Program-made: the position numbers and the translations under genes
Source: Takakia lepidozioides
Lineage: Eukaryota > Plantae > Bryophyta
DNA length: 64,000 nt
Direction: 5' to 3'
Assembly (NCBI GenBank): GCA_030704615.1
Contig: CM060733.1
Span: 43,090,001 to 43,154,000 of the forward strand
In this document: piece after piece, positions 1 through 13,494 of the stretch
How the letters are laid out: each line of letters opens with the position of its first letter
How positions within the stretch are numbered: position 1 is the first letter of the stretch
The notes under the pieces: model-generated
The model's input: only the letters and a program-made list of their open reading frames with translations
Databases searched by the model: none
Told to the model about the DNA's origin: nothing

Positions 1-699
1 GCTTGGTAAGGCTAGGCTATCTTCATCTGGTTGTGACAAGGGCTGCATGGTGAATATACGGCATCTTGTCTTCAATGGCTTAGAGTAATAACGATTCGCT
101 GTGCGTAGTGAATAAGCAGTTTACCATTGCTATCAGTAGGTTCTTCTTCATTTTTGCAGGGCATCACGGTTGTCCGCTTTTATATGAAAGGTGCTTGTGG
201 GTGGTGTAGCCTTCCGTGGTTGAAGCTATTGCTCTCAGCTACTCCATTGCTGGTTTGCACAGAAAAATTCAAGGTCACCAATCTTCAGTTATAAGCGTAG
301 AAAAGAGGCTCTGTGGATTGAGGGTTGGTCGAACCGACCGACATGCTATAACATAGCGGCGGGCACAATCTGGTGATGGTTCTAATATCAGTGAACGCAT
401 TGGGAGTCCAGGCCGTGAATACAATGGGTATTATTTTCATGATCATTTAAGCTAATTCCTACTCAAGGAGATAGAATTGCTACTATATTTGAGAATAAGT
501 ACTGTAGGAGCTTGGGATCATGTTTCAGTATAAAGTAAGTTTTGGATGTCCGAGTGATACAGGATCGCAGGGTCGAATCATGCACAATTGTTTGAATCAG
601 GCCCATCTTCTGTGACCACTTCTTGAAAGAAGACCAGGAGATGGGGGCAACACGAACTTTTTTGGCACGAGTGGGGATGTGAGGATAGTATGTAAGGGT

Positions 700-3570
700 T
701 GACAACTGAACAAGGCACTGTACATTTTGAGCCAACAAGGGATTTTGGCAGAGTCCAATGCTTACATCAGTCTCTTGCAGGAGTGCATCAAGATGAAAGG
801 TCTAACAGAGGGAAAGCAGGTGCATGCCAACATTGTCCGAAGTGGCTTCCAGCCAAACATCTTTCTGCTGAACACCCTTGTCAACATGTATGCAAAGTGC
901 GGGAGCATGAGGGATGCACGCCATGTATTTGACAAAATGGCTGAACGAGATATGTTTACTTGGAATATAACGATAGCAGGATATGCCAAGCACAGGTGCA
1001 GTAGGGAGGCTTTTGAGATCTTTGAGCAAATGCAACGGGAAAGGGGTGATGCCAGACAAGGTCACATTCATTTGTGTTGTCAACGCATGTGCCAACCTAA
1101 CAACCCTGGATAAGGCCAAAGAGGTCCATGCTCACATCATCAAAGCTCAGATTGTGCCAGATTTTATTCTGCAAGTGTTCAATAATATGGTTCAACGAAA
1201 TGTAGTCTCATGGAATGCAATGATCACAGGGTATGCTCAGCATGGGTGTGGTAGAGAGGCTTTGGAGATCTATGAGGAAATGATACAGGAAGGGGTGATG
1301 CGGACAGGGTCACATTTATTTGCATTCTCAATGCATGTGCCAGCCTGGCAGCCCTGGAAAAGGGAAAATGGTCCATGCTGACATCATCAAAGCTGGGATT
1401 GGACCAGATATCATTCTGGAGACTGCCTTGGCGAACATGTATGCCAAATGTGGGAGCTTGAAGACTGCACGGAAAATGTTTGACAAAATGGCTCAAAGAG
1501 ATGTGGTCTCAGGATATGCCCAGCATGGGTCTGGTAAGGCTGCACTTTGGAGATGTATGAGCAAATGAGATGGGAAGGGGTGAAGCCTGACAGAGTCACA
1601 TACATTTGTGCTCTCAATGCATGTGCCAGTCTGGCAGCCCAAAGAGGTTCATGCTGGTGTTGATAAGGCCAGAATTCTTCCAGATATTATTCTGGAGAGC
1701 GCCCTTGTTGACATGTATGCCAAATGTGGGAGTATGAATGATGCACGCCAAAGTATTTAACAGTATGGCTCAGCGAAATGTGGTGTCAGGGAGTGCAATG
1801 ATAGCAAAAATGCTCAACATGGATATGGTAGGGAGGCATTTGAGATCTATGAGCAAATGATATGGGAAGGGGTGATGCCTGATAGGGTCACATTCACTTG
1901 CATTTCTCAATGTGTGCCAGTCTGGGAGACCTGGAAAAGGGCAAAGAGGTGCATGTTGACATCATGAAAGCTGGAATTGGGCTAGATTCCATTCTAGAGA
2001 CTGCCCTGGTTAATATGTATGCCAAATGTGGGAGTATAAGGATGCACGTCTAGTGTTTGACAGTATGGCGCAAAGAGATGTGGTGTCATGGAACGCCATG
2101 ACCTCAGGATTTGCACAGCATGGGTGTAGTAGCGAGGCCTTGGAGATCTATGAGCAAATGCTGCAGGAAGGAGTGAGTTGCATTCTCAATGCATGTGCCA
2201 GCCTTGCAGCCTTGGAAAAGGGAAGAGAGGTCCATGCTGACATCAGCAAGGTGGGCATTGTGGCAGATACCATCCTGGAGAATGCCCTTGTTGACATGTA
2301 TGCGAAGTCTGGGAGCATAGCGGATGCACGTCAAGTGTATTGCTGAATGAAATGTGGCGTCGTGTAGAGCGATGATAGCCGGATATGCTCAACATGGATG
2401 TGGTAGGGATGCGCAGGATTAGTTCAACAAGGGCAAATTGAATTCCAAAAGGCAACTGAATTCTGGCAGCGAATGCAACGAGAAGGCTTGAAGCCAAATG
2501 AGATCACCTATTTGAGCATCCTCAATTCATGTGCCAGCCCACTAGCCCTGGAACAGGGCAAGTGGCTTCATGCGGACATAGTTGAGGCTGGACTTGAGTC
2601 GGTTGGCCAGGTGGCCAATGCCCTTGTCAGCATATATTGCAAGTGCAGGGGTTTTCTGAATGCATGCCAAGTGTTTGACAAAATGCCCGAACGAGATGTG
2701 TTCTCATGGAGTGTGATCATTTCAGGGTCATCTCAGCAAGGACGTGGTGCGCAAGCATTTGATTTCTATTGGCAAATGCAACGAGAAGGTGTAAGCCTGA
2801 CCAGATCACTTTTCATTAGTATCCTTAGCGCATGCTCCAAGTTAGCAGTCTTGCATGAAGGGAGGAAGGTCCGTGACCACGTGGTGATCAATTCTGGATT
2901 TGAGTCAGATATCTCAGTGGGTACTGCTCTTATTGCCATGTATGTCAAGTGCGGGAGTCTGGGGGATGCAAGACAAGTGTTTGACAAAATTATTGGAAAG
3001 AACACAGTGTCATGGAATGCTATGATTGTAGGATATGCCCAGCATGGTTTCGGTACTGAGGCCCTAAAACTCTTTGAAGGGAGGCAACAGGAAGCCTGGG
3101 TGAAACCGACCAACGTCACTTTTATTGGAATCCTCTCTGCATGCAGTCATGCGGGCCTACTAGATGAGGGCTGTCATTTCCCTTCTATGAATTAAGTTCA
3201 TGGTATCACACCAACAGAGTTAACTATGGCTGCATGGTTGACCTTCTTGGCCGTGCAGGGCCTTTGGATGAAGCAGAGGACTTTATCAGCAACATGCCAA
3301 TCAACCCTAGTGCTTCAGTGTGGGGGGCTTGCTTGGCACCTGCAGAATCCATGGCCATGTGGCGCTAGCAGAACAAGCTGCACATCACATGTTCAAGTTA
3401 GAACGGCAATGTTGCACTGTATGTGCTGCTTTCAAATGTCTATTCTATGGCTGGAAGATGGGGTGATGTAGCCAAGGTGAGAAAAGCAATGGAGGAGAGT
3501 GGTGTGAGAAAGAAGCCGGGGAAAAACTGGATTGAGGTCAATCATAGGGTACACACATTTGTTTCAAGGG
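700..3570 (+). pseudogene. PLS-class pentatricopeptide repeat (PPR) gene with E/E+ domain, frameshifted and truncated before any DYW domain
   Basis: Repeated P-L-S motifs (NTLVNMYAKCGSMRDARHVFDKM, VVSWNAMIxGYAQHG, PDKVTFICVxNACA) scattered over three frames. E-domain motifs [42 protein letters not shown] end at ~3567. Many frameshifts and stops. Confidence 0.93.
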
Positions 3571-6500
3571 CAGAGCTATTTTAGATACCCATCCTTATAG
3601 TAGGTGGGTGTACGATTGTCAACCCCCATTGTTCAATGTGGGAGGGAGAGATGGTAATGGACTCAACTTTGACTTGCTGCACTGGCTCAACTGGCACATT
3701 AAATCTATTTTTTTGGCGGGATCATGCACCCATAAAAGGTTTTCAAGTGAATTATTTGACCAAAAGGTAGCATGTCTGGGTTTTCTCGCTTCCACTGAGA
3801 TATTATGCTTGTGTTCATGATATGCATACAATGTCTTTGTCACTACCTGAGAGAGCCACTTATGGAATTCCATCCTCATAAGGATGTGAAGATGCCTAAG
3901 AACAAAATACGTGGGGTTGCTCATGGCTTCGACTGGCATGCAACAGTCTCATGGACTGCTGCTCTAGGGCCTGCGATTGTCATTTGATAAAATCATGGAA
4001 TGGATGCATGCATGATTGCTTTTACATGCAAGTTGGAGAGCCACTACAACTTTGGGATGAATGAACCGTACATAATGTATATTGGGAATGAATGAAGATT
4101 AGAAGTTATCATACTATGAATGAAAACACACACAGAAAGTATGAGTGCATATGTGCATATAGTGCTCATGTACACTCATGTTGACTTGTGAATGTCGTGT
4201 GCAGACTGTGCTCTTCATTTCCAAGATGAGTTGTCTGATAGAATTGAAATATTGTTCTTTGCATCCCATGTTGCGTTTGCTGTTTGTTTTATAGGTTCAT
4301 TGAAAGGACTTGCTGGAAATGATAAGTGTCATGTAGAGCAATGCCCAGCCCGGAATTGGTTTTGATACGCCCAATACATGGGCAACGTACTATTTGCAGT
4401 AAGAATGAAGTAGTCGAAATCCAAGGTTCTGTTTTCTTCATAGCCATGGAATTAGACAGCCTGAATCTTGTCCCCTATCACTTAGAAGCTCTGTACCACA
4501 TTGTTGTCAAGCATGTTCAATAACTGGGGATGAGTATATGTATATGAGAGCTCAAGTACTCTGTAAATTCATTTCTCTCTTCAAAATCCACCTTGCTTGT
4601 TTCTGCTGTCGCATATCACGGGATGTTCCATCGTACCAAAGACTATGGTTTGTGGGTGAGGCAATGGATGCTGGATTAGTTGTGGAAATGTTGTTGGACA
4701 AAAATTTATTGAACAGATAGGCCAAGAGAAGTATTCGTGTGCACTATGTAGATATCCCCTTTTGAAGTCTCAGACACTTTCATTGCAGCCGGAGAAGCAC
4801 GGAAGGGGTGATGACCCACAAACAGAGGAAGAGTATTGGGGACATCCAAGCAGCAAACGTCACAACTCTCACCAGGCCGAGATCCCCTCCATGAAATTCC
4901 TATGCAGAATTCACGATTTCATGTCTCACATGAGATAGTTGCAGGAAACGTGGGGAATATGTGGCCAGATTCCAGGGAGAATGCACTAGCAAACATTGGT
5001 GGGAATGGGTCATGGATGACCACCATGCAAACAGCCAATGTCTTCAAGCAGTTTCAGGAAGCTCCCCTACAGGTAAATCTCATCCCATTTTGGAACCCCA
5101 AATGAGTACCAAACCTACAACCAACATACATGTGACTGAAACCATCTGGCCCTACCTTGGGCTGGTTTGTTACTGGGGTTGAAGGGTCCAAGCATTGGCT
5201 TGATGAAAAAGATCGTGCTTTGACCTCTTGTTGCCACTCACGTTCTGGGCATGAGGCAAGTCACCATGCACTATCACTGTTGGTTCCAAACGCCACCAAC
5301 GATGGCTCAAAGAGTTCAAAATGAGTTGGTATCTATAACATGGATTTATAGTAGTTGGCAGGAAATTGCTGTGATACATAAATCAGTTACCTGCGTTGGT
5401 CTGTAAGGCTTACTAGTCCCTTGGTCCCTGGTGACCATGGGGCTCGACCTGGAATTACATCAGCAATGCCATCACCAAATTTTCTTGCAATGACCTCCAT
5501 GGGCTGGCTGCCAGAGAGCATACACCTTTGGAGGATTGTGAGAGACAGTGGATGACCATAGGTGCCTAATCAATGAGATGGAGTTCAGAGGAACACATTA
5601 TGGAAATGGTGCATATGGAGACACAAATCAATTGTACATTTAATAAGAATGGGAGTGCACATAGTTTGTATGAACAGATCATTTGTTGTCTCTGGGGTTG
5701 TCTTTCTTTTGCCAATGATTCACAGGAAGCTGAAGCAAGTGGCTAATACCTTCTGGCAGTTTTTTTAAAATTGCAGCCAGTTTTTCAGCTTCACATGTTT
5801 GAATCATCTTCTATAACAGAGTTTAACAGAGTTTTTCAGCTTTGACGCACCAAGTTCATGGACCCTTGCCCTCGTGTAGGCCTCGCATATGAGGGACTCA
5901 TATTCATCAATATCATATGTCTCGCGGTATTCCCTCCGGTTCTCTATCATTTTGCTCTCCTTCATCGTGATTGTTGCGTCTGCCAGCACTTGTAGCAGTG
6001 TGAAAACCTACACATGCAATGCCTAGCATAAATCCTCAGCAAGGTATAAATGATGCGAACTGTAATTGCATGCATAGCTGCAACTGAACCCAACCCTAAA
6101 CCTCTGACAATGGTGTGCATGTCATTTATCCTAAACCCTAAACCCCAAAACATCATGAATGGACTGCAGATAATATGAAATATGTCAATATGGAGAGTGA
6201 TCATGGATCAGAGTAGTGATCTAAGTTGTTCTGGAAGGAAAACAAAACGATAGAACATATGTGCACGTCCCTGGAGTGAACCATTGATTTATGGAAAGTG
6301 ATGCCCTTCAATTCTTGTAATACAACATCAAAAATTGCAAAGTCAGCAGCTTTATGCCTTACGTCTCCCCAGGTCCCGAAAGTATTAGCAAAGTAAGAAA
6401 CTCTTCACCTCAGCTCCACATGAAATTCACCTCTTGCATGAAGTGCCCAAAACTAGCAAAACAGGCCCACTTTTGCACTTTGCTAACTACTGTAGTGAGA

Positions 6501-7437
6501 AAATGAGACCTGAGTCATAATATGCAGATTTGTGAACCTATGCATTCAATATATGTGAAAGAACCAACAAAGAACGATTAGGTTTCGGATGCTCATTGCA
6601 GAACTCACTCACCCGCAAAGTATAACATGGAGGAAGAGCAGAATGAAAATCCGGAGAAGACAAACGGATAAAGTCGATCGTTTTTGGAGCGATAATAAGG
6701 ACCTGCAAGCAAGAAACGTTTGGAGCGCAAGCGTTGCAACCTTTGAACACAGCGACCACATCCTACAGCGTAGCAGGATTGCCCACTGCTGTCCACAAAA
6801 TCGATGTGCATGACGGGACGCGGTACATCAACGCCAGCAATAGCAACGAAAGCGAGAGCCGGTACGTGTATTCTCCAATGGCATGCCCGGGGAGGATGAA
6901 GGCATGTATGGGGGATGGAGGGCGATGCCATGCATGAGGGCAGGATGGGAGGAGGGATGGGGGATGCGGGAGAGGGCACGTCTCATGTCCTGGCAGCGGG
7001 ACATGAGGCACGGAAGGGTGTGCCGCGCGGTGTGTGGGCGATGGAGGCGGGGGTGGGCGTGGGGTGGCGGGGGGTCCACGCTGGCTCAACCGGCTCCCTC
7101 GCATTCAACTCCAGGGGCCCATCTAATGCTTGGCACATCCATATTGGGATCCCAGGAGGGTGGCTCGAGTGGATAGTACACTGAACTGCCGCCAGGTGAT
7201 TCTGGGATCAAACCTTGTCCACAGGAGAAATGAGATGAACATTCTGAAGTATTATGTAGTAAGTATACTAGTATGCCAACAAAGGAATCGGGCAGTGTGT
7301 AAATATTTTCCCACACCACCAAACCAAACCACAACACGTGTCCCATAACCCCCAGAGCATAAACACGTGTGTGGCAGGGATGTGACAACTTGTGTTGTGA
7401 GATAATACAGGAAAGGTCAGGGAGGCGAAGAGCAATG

Positions 7438-7441
<4 letters not shown>

Positions 7442-7475
<34 letters not shown>
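7442..7475. repeat. (AG)17 microsatellite, probably in the 5' region of the downstream gene
   Basis: Direct reading of the sequence. Confidence 0.95.
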
Positions 7476-7477
<2 letters not shown>

Positions 7478-7992
7478 TTGGAGGGCTTGAGCAGAGCGGC
7501 AAAAAGAGCAAGAAAACATTAAGTGGGTGTGATACTGACCAGTCTGTGTATATTTGGGTGTCGACGCTGTGAGCCCTACCTTCTCCATGCCAGATTGAAC
7601 GTGGGAGCCAGTTTTACAACTCTTGCCTGTGTTGTCTCTTACATCTCTAGTCTGAGAGAACAAAGGAGAATCCATTGCTTGCCGAAGCTGCTAAGTGCCA
7701 CCCAGATTTGTGTTTGATATAAGGGTTGGTTTTGTGGTTCTTGCCGTGTCGCCCATTGTGAGATTGAGCCTTTCCTCTTTAGACGTGGGCGCTTGCCTTC
7801 TGTTTTACTTGTTTTGCATTGCAAAGCTGGCGTAGGTTTGCTGTGAAGCTGCTGTGTCTCGTTATCTCAATCTGTGAGGTTCGGGTGTGTGTTTGTATCT
7901 ACGTTTCTGGTTTTACTCTCGCGGGTGCTGGTGCTTCTTGCCCTTTAAATCTGTTTAACCGCCTTTTAAGTCTGTGCATGCACTTGCACTCG

Positions 7993-9303
7993 ATGAAGAT
8001 GATGCCGGGGCGGTTTTGGGTGTCCGTTGTGTCGATTAATATCTTTATTCTGAGCTTCGGTACAGTAATCAGGGGAGATGAAGGGTTGCATCCAGGGCGC
8101 GAAGAAATCGAAGATAAGCATGCTCTTGTCAAAGAGATAGTGGCTCTGAGGTTGAAGGTGTCCGCCCTTGAGTCAGAGCTGAAGGAGGATTCAAACTTGA
8201 AAGGAAAAGACAAGAAGATCAATGGTCTGGAAATGGAACTGAAGCATCTTAGGATACAGAAAAAGGGAGCTGGAGAGGTGGAAGCTAAACTCGAGACCGC
8301 AGAGTTAAAAGTGAGTAAGTTGGAGTCTGAGCTCTCATCACTACAGGAAGAGACTGAAAAGCTGAAATCGGAAGCTAAACTGCAGAAGAAACGCGCAGAG
8401 CATGCCGAATCAACCGCCGCATTGCGCCAGACTGAGAAGGAGAAAGCGACCAAAGTTCTTTCCGAGCATATGACGCGCCTGCAAAAGGCTGAAAAGTCCC
8501 TTCATATTGCGGAGTCTGCAATGTTAAAGGCCCAATCAGACGCAGCAGCAAAAGCTCGAGATCTGGTGAAAACTGCGGAGGCATGGTTGCCTCCGTGGAT
8601 TGCCGCACAAGTTGGAAAACTCGAGGCCAAGACTTTGTCACGCTGGTCAACTCATGGAGCGCCAGTGGTCAAGAAATTACAGCGATCGGCATCAGCGAGA
8701 GCGGCTCTGGCACAGAAGTGGGCCAAACCGTACTTGAAGACCATCAACAAAAAAGTGAGCCCTGTCGTCAAGGCACAGTGGAAGAAAGCGAAAGCAGCAA
8801 TTGCCCCACATCTGAAAACGATCAAGAAAGTGGGCCTAGAGACCTTTCCTAAGCACCTATCTCCGCATCTTCAAAAGGTGCAGCAAACAGTTCAGCCATA
8901 CTTGCACATTTTGAGGGAAAGGAGTAGACCCCATGTAGAGCAAGCGGCAGCTTTTCTGGGGCCCCATTTTGAGAGGGCGAACACAATTGCTAGACCTTAT
9001 GTGGAGCAGGTCAATGGTCACTACCGCCGCTTTCTTACTTCTGCCACTAAGTACCATGAGCAGCTTCAAAACTCAGTGAAGGGGACGTTGGGAAAGACTG
9101 ATGTGTTGAGGTCCCTCGCAACCAAGGAACTTGTCTGGCTGTTGGCTTCAGCACTTTTGGCCCTACCGGTTGTGGCAACGCTGCTGGTATTTTCATCAGT
9201 ATTTGGTGGGAAGAAGGTCACCAAGCCAGCTCGCAAGACTCGCACTCAAAGCATCAACTCCTCTCATAAGAAGTCACGCCGAGCTAAGCAGGTAGATAAG
9301 TAA
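7993..9303 (+). CDS. Plant membrane-anchored coiled-coil protein (resembles the At2g24420/At4g31340 'myosin heavy chain-related' family)
   Basis: Uninterrupted ORF with N-terminal signal peptide (MKMMPGRFWVSVV...VIRG), long coiled coil, family motif AWLPPW, C-terminal TM segment ELVWLLASALLALP and basic tail. The start could also be 7978, 7999 or 8002. Confidence 0.85.
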   Translation: MKMMPGRFWVSVVSINIFILSFGTVIRGDEGLHPGREEIEDKHALVKEIVALRLKVSALESELKEDSNLKGKDKKINGLEMELKHLRIQKKGAGEVEAKLETAELKVSKLESELSSLQEETEKLKSEAKLQKKRAEHAESTAALRQTEKEKATKVLSEHMTRLQKAEKSLHIAESAMLKAQSDAAAKARDLVKTAEAWLPPWIAAQVGKLEAKTLSRWSTHGAPVVKKLQRSASARAALAQKWAKPYLKTINKKVSPVVKAQWKKAKAAIAPHLKTIKKVGLETFPKHLSPHLQKVQQTVQPYLHILRERSRPHVEQAAAFLGPHFERANTIARPYVEQVNGHYRRFLTSATKYHEQLQNSVKGTLGKTDVLRSLATKELVWLLASALLALPVVATLLVFSSVFGGKKVTKPARKTRTQSINSSHKKSRRAKQVDK

Positions 9304-10152
9304 GCTGTGAGGTTGAGATGGAGCTGCTTTCAATTGTGGCAGAGCGATTCAAAGATGCACATACTTCGGGCTCAGCATTCTAGGGTTTCGAAGTTCGAAG
9401 TGAGAGGTGGCTTGGCTTTTAGGGCTGTAGATACTGAGATGATGGGTATTTAATGGGAGTTCTACGGAACTACTTCTGATACTTGTTGATAGACCTTCCG
9501 CATGTACACAGTTTTTGTCAAAGTTGTTCCCCGACGCACAGCTTGGCACAAAGGTGACGCCTTTGGCACAGAGTTTGCAGTAGCTAAACAGGGTTTACAG
9601 GGGGATGATCAGATTCTGCAGAGAGGTGTCAAATATTGTAGGCCAGTGCAGTGGAATAGGCATGGTGGAACCGTCAGTCACTGATAGGATTGCCATGGAG
9701 GTGTGGATGTTGAGCTCTTTTCACTGATGCCAACGCCACAGCATGGCGTTGTGTTGCAGACTCTAATTTCTTAATGATTTTGGGTCTGTGGGTAGGATGT
9801 CCTTGCATTTCTATAGTTGTGGTAGGGTTTAGTCACATTTCAGCTCGGCCTCCAGTGTGCATCCCAAGACACTTCCCTTCAATTCATGCAGTTGGTTCTA
9901 CTTAATTCGGCACCCCGTGGAGAACTTGTAAAGTGTGATCCACTACAGGGACTTCATTGACAACATCCAACACATCACCAGTCAATATGTGTGTAGCAGG
10001 GACATCACGCCAGGATATCTTGTTGTTGGCACCCACCTCTCTATTGCAGCAGTGGCTGTCAAAGAGCGTCTCCTGCAGGACTCTATCAACTGCTTGTTGA
10101 TTCAACTTTCAAGTACCAGTTTGTCCAGGAGAGATACACACTTTACCTCTAG

Positions 10153-10210
10153 AAATATATTTATATATGACGCCAGCCGGAGCTAGCATAAATAAGAGCC
10201 TCTTCCCCTT
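10153..10210 (-). mobile_element. 3' end of a non-LTR retroposon (LINE/SINE) with TA-rich tail; 5' extent unresolved
   Basis: 10168-10210 is 34/43 identical to 54511-54553, which has a dinucleotide tail and a TSD. Confidence 0.5.
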
Positions 10211-11310
10211 TCGGGGGCTGGACCCTATTAGCAACAAAACCAGTCACACATTGACAATTTGGTCACTTTCAATCTTGTGCTTGTTGAGGCTGGAAGGTGT
10301 AAGGTGCGTAGAAAGGGTGTGGTATACTTAAGGAGCAGTTTGAGGTTTCCTGTTCAGACTATCCACACCTCCCCTGACCCATGCAGAGATAATAGTGAGG
10401 GGGTTTGTATTCCATCCATGTCGGCGAAGGTCGAGGATGAGCAGTTCATTCAGGATGAGCAGAATGTGAATTTGATGACGTGGATTGTGAGGGATGGGAG
10501 TGGACCTATGGGTGATTTCCATGGAAGTCCATGGAGAAACAAGCTAAGCATGATAGAACCGGGATGGAATAATGTGGTCGTCCCTGAAACGTGTCTCCAT
10601 TTATGAGGTAGAACCATCTCGATTTAGGACTCTGTGATAGAAGGAGCTTCATACAAGACCTATGTCGGGGAATCTACCCTTGGTTGATAGTTGATACCTG
10701 TCAAAATGGGAATGTGTGTTTATGAGGTTCAACTATCTCTATTTAGGGTGTGATAGAATGAGTTTTATACAGGACCTATGTCTACGAACGTAGGCTTAGT
10801 TGATACCAGCCATGATACCAGCCAAATTGGGAATGTGTATTGTATAGGGTTCTTAGGGGCATTGACAGGAGCTTGAATGGATCCAAGCTGAGCCAACTCT
10901 TCCTTACCCTCTATGCCTATATGAGAATGTATTTTGTGTATGTGGACCTGTATAAGAACGTACTTTGTTATTTGTTCCAGGGCCCATTCAATGAGCTGGA
11001 TTTGCCTAGTTGTGCTAAATCCTTCTTGCGAATCACTAAGGATGTGGTGTAGTTCTCAATACGATGTGAGGAAGGTGATCAAGGTGATGGTGAATAGTTT
11101 GTATAGAGTGTTGGTAAGAGTTATAGATCTATAGTTGCCTAGTTGAGTAAGGCCGTCCTTTTTTATAGATGAGTATTGTGTGGCTATTTCTTCAACATTT
11201 GGGTATTTGCAGATGGAGTTGGTAGCACGTTACAAAGTAACAGTGAATTCGATGGAAGTGTGAGTCCAATGCCTTGAGTATTTCATTAGGTATGTTGTCC
11301 GGGCCTAGCC

Positions 11311-11515
11311 TCAATTGAATTGTGAACTAGGTTTGAGTTTCATAGTTCAATTGAATTGTCGTCAATTCAATTGAATTGTGCGCTGACGATTCAATTGAAT
11401 TGCATGCGCTGACGATTCAATTGAATTGCAGATTCGGGTTGTTTTCAAGGTGATTTTTGCAATTCAATTGAATTGCGCATTTTTAGTGGGCGATCACAAT
11501 TCACTTGAATTGTGA
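11311..11515. repeat. Cluster of palindromic CAATTCAATTGAATTG motifs; inverted homolog at 34183-34299
   Basis: Repeated TCAATTGAATTG. The segment gaattgtgaactaggtttgagttt...gcagattcgggttgtttt matches the reverse complement of 34183-34299. Confidence 0.8.
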
Positions 11516-12514
11516 TGCATTTCACATCAAGGCATTTTTGGAATTCCCTATGTTCTTGCGTGCCCTAAGAATCTGTTTCTCGCAAACCTTACCGGACCAA
11601 TAATGTTCACTGCTCGATCAATAGCGATTTGTTGTGCATGTTTTGTACTCTAGCATCTACAATCTTTAGGTTGGAGACGTCCAGCAGTTTCTTTGAAATC
11701 TTCATCAAAATTGCGCGTTAGGCATTTTTCTGACGTTCATGCTGCATTTGGGGGAACTAGGTGTTGTTGGAGTCCAATATGTGAAACCTAGGTGAAACCA
11801 TAAAGTTCAAGTTCGGTACTACGAATGTAATTTATTTGAATTCGCAGAAGAGGAGAATCCAAAAGTTATTATAATAGTGGTTGATGGGTGAGGAGGAGCT
11901 CATGTCGGCCTAGCACTGGGAGAACTAGCCAATTTAATCTAGAGGTTCACGAGTTAGTTATTTCTAGCTAATTAGGACATTATACATTTATATTTGTATT
12001 TTGTTGGCATTGGGACTTCATTTGGTTCCATGTGCCAAGTGAGGTGACGAACCTTACTTGGGGTGTGGGAAGGTTATCTCCACGTGGACGTAGGCAGGCT
12101 CGTCTTCTTCTAGTCGAGCCTCCCGAGGCCTCTCTCGCCGCCATAGCTCTAGTACTTGAGATGAAGAGTGGGTGAGGTCTGTATGGTGGAGTCCTTTAGC
12201 TAAGGTGCCATTGGCATAACGTGATAAAGTGGTTTCTCCTCTTTTCACCATTTTCGTATCACTAGAAGAAGACCTGCTTACATCTATGAGTGCAAGGTGT
12301 TAGCATAGTGCGGAAGAGAGCTTGATAGATAGCTCTTAAGTTACAAGGTGTTGCAGGGTTTGCAAGAAGAAAGTTTTGTGGTGTTTATGTACAAGAGGAG
12401 GTCTTCAAGGAGAGCCCCATTGAAAAGTTTGAGAGCTTGTGAAGAAGCTCTTGTTCTGTAAGTGTTGCAGGATTTGATGAGTTCAATAAGAGCTCGGGTG
12501 TCAATGGAGCAAGT

Positions 12515-12578
12515 TAAAGCCATTGTTACAGACGCGATGTCCTATGATGTGCTTGTTGGTGGGGCTATGTTGTACCCC
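12515..12578 (+). repeat. 64-bp isolated copy of the Gypsy protease region at 28445-28508
   Basis: taaagccattgttacagacgcgatgtcctatgatgtgcttgttggtggggctatgttgtacccc differs from 28445-28508 at 4 positions. Both encode KAIxTDAxSYDVLVGGAxLYP. Confidence 0.9.
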
Positions 12579-13149
12579 TGCATGTGTGGAGCATGGTTTC
12601 AGCTTGTGGAAGTCTTCAACTTCATACTTATGAGAGCTATGAGTGGAGGTAGACATCTGATTTCTCTTTGGGGCAAAATAGAGTATTTGTAGAGCATGCT
12701 TTGAGTTGGGGTTTCAATCCCAAGCTTGGGAAGAACATGTCTATGGAAGTGACAAGTGCACAGCTGGATTAGGAGCTCTAAGATGTGCACTATGGCCATG
12801 GAAGGAAGCACTATGAGTGCATGCGATGGCTAGAAGAGGGTCTGCCATAGAAAACTCAATAGTTTGTTATATGCTTATTTCAATAAGTTCCATAGAGAAA
12901 GAGAGCTTGTTGTGTGGCAAATAGCTTGCTCAGGGAGTTAGAGGCACTCTTGGTGGTCTATTGATGCTCAAGAAACCAAGAACAACACCTCTAGTTGCTC
13001 CATAGAAGCCATAGCTCGTTGCAGCAATTGCAGAGGCAAAGCGGCGCAAACCCTAGTTTGAGAACGCGTGGGAATGCTTGGGAACGCATGTAAACTCCTT
13101 GGGAACTCGAGGGAACTCATGGGAACGAGTTGGGAGCACCACCATTGTC

Positions 13150-13460
13150 CCATCGGATGAACTATTGAGCCAGTGGATGACAATCGGTTGCAATGAATGA
13201 AACTGTGTCAGCGGATGAACTATCGCGCTATTGGATGAAAAATCACGGCGACGGATGAAACTGCGTCAGCGGATGATATTGTGGCAGCGGATGAACTATC
13301 GTGCCATTGGATGAAAAATCGTGGTGACGGATGAAACTGCGCCAGCGGATGAAATATCGCACCAATGGATGAACTATCACGGCGGATAAAATATCGGACC
13401 TGCAGATGAGAAATCGAGGTTTTGGATGAAATTTGGTTGGTCAGTGACGGATGAAAAAAT
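13150..13460. repeat. Degenerate tandem minisatellite, ~19-20 bp units with GGATGA(A) core
   Basis: ggatgaactatcg / ggatgaaactgcg / ggatgaaaaatc recurring at roughly 20-bp period. Confidence 0.85.
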
Positions 13461-13494
13461 GACTGAGTGTGGATATTTTTGGACCCTTCTGGGA

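Noticed and set aside
6089-6147. AAACCCTAAA telobox-like words
   Set aside because: Only two or three short copies, which are common in plant genomes; not an interstitial telomere array.
4800-6830. Possible decayed multi-exon gene on the minus strand (exon-like pieces near 5130-5335, 5392-5527, 5850-5995)
   Set aside because: Splice-like boundaries are visible, but no family could be recognised and the frames are broken.
7819-7992. N-terminal extension of the 494-aa ORF from a TTG start
   Set aside because: Non-ATG start in pyrimidine/GT-rich, intron-like sequence. The signal peptide begins at the downstream ATG.
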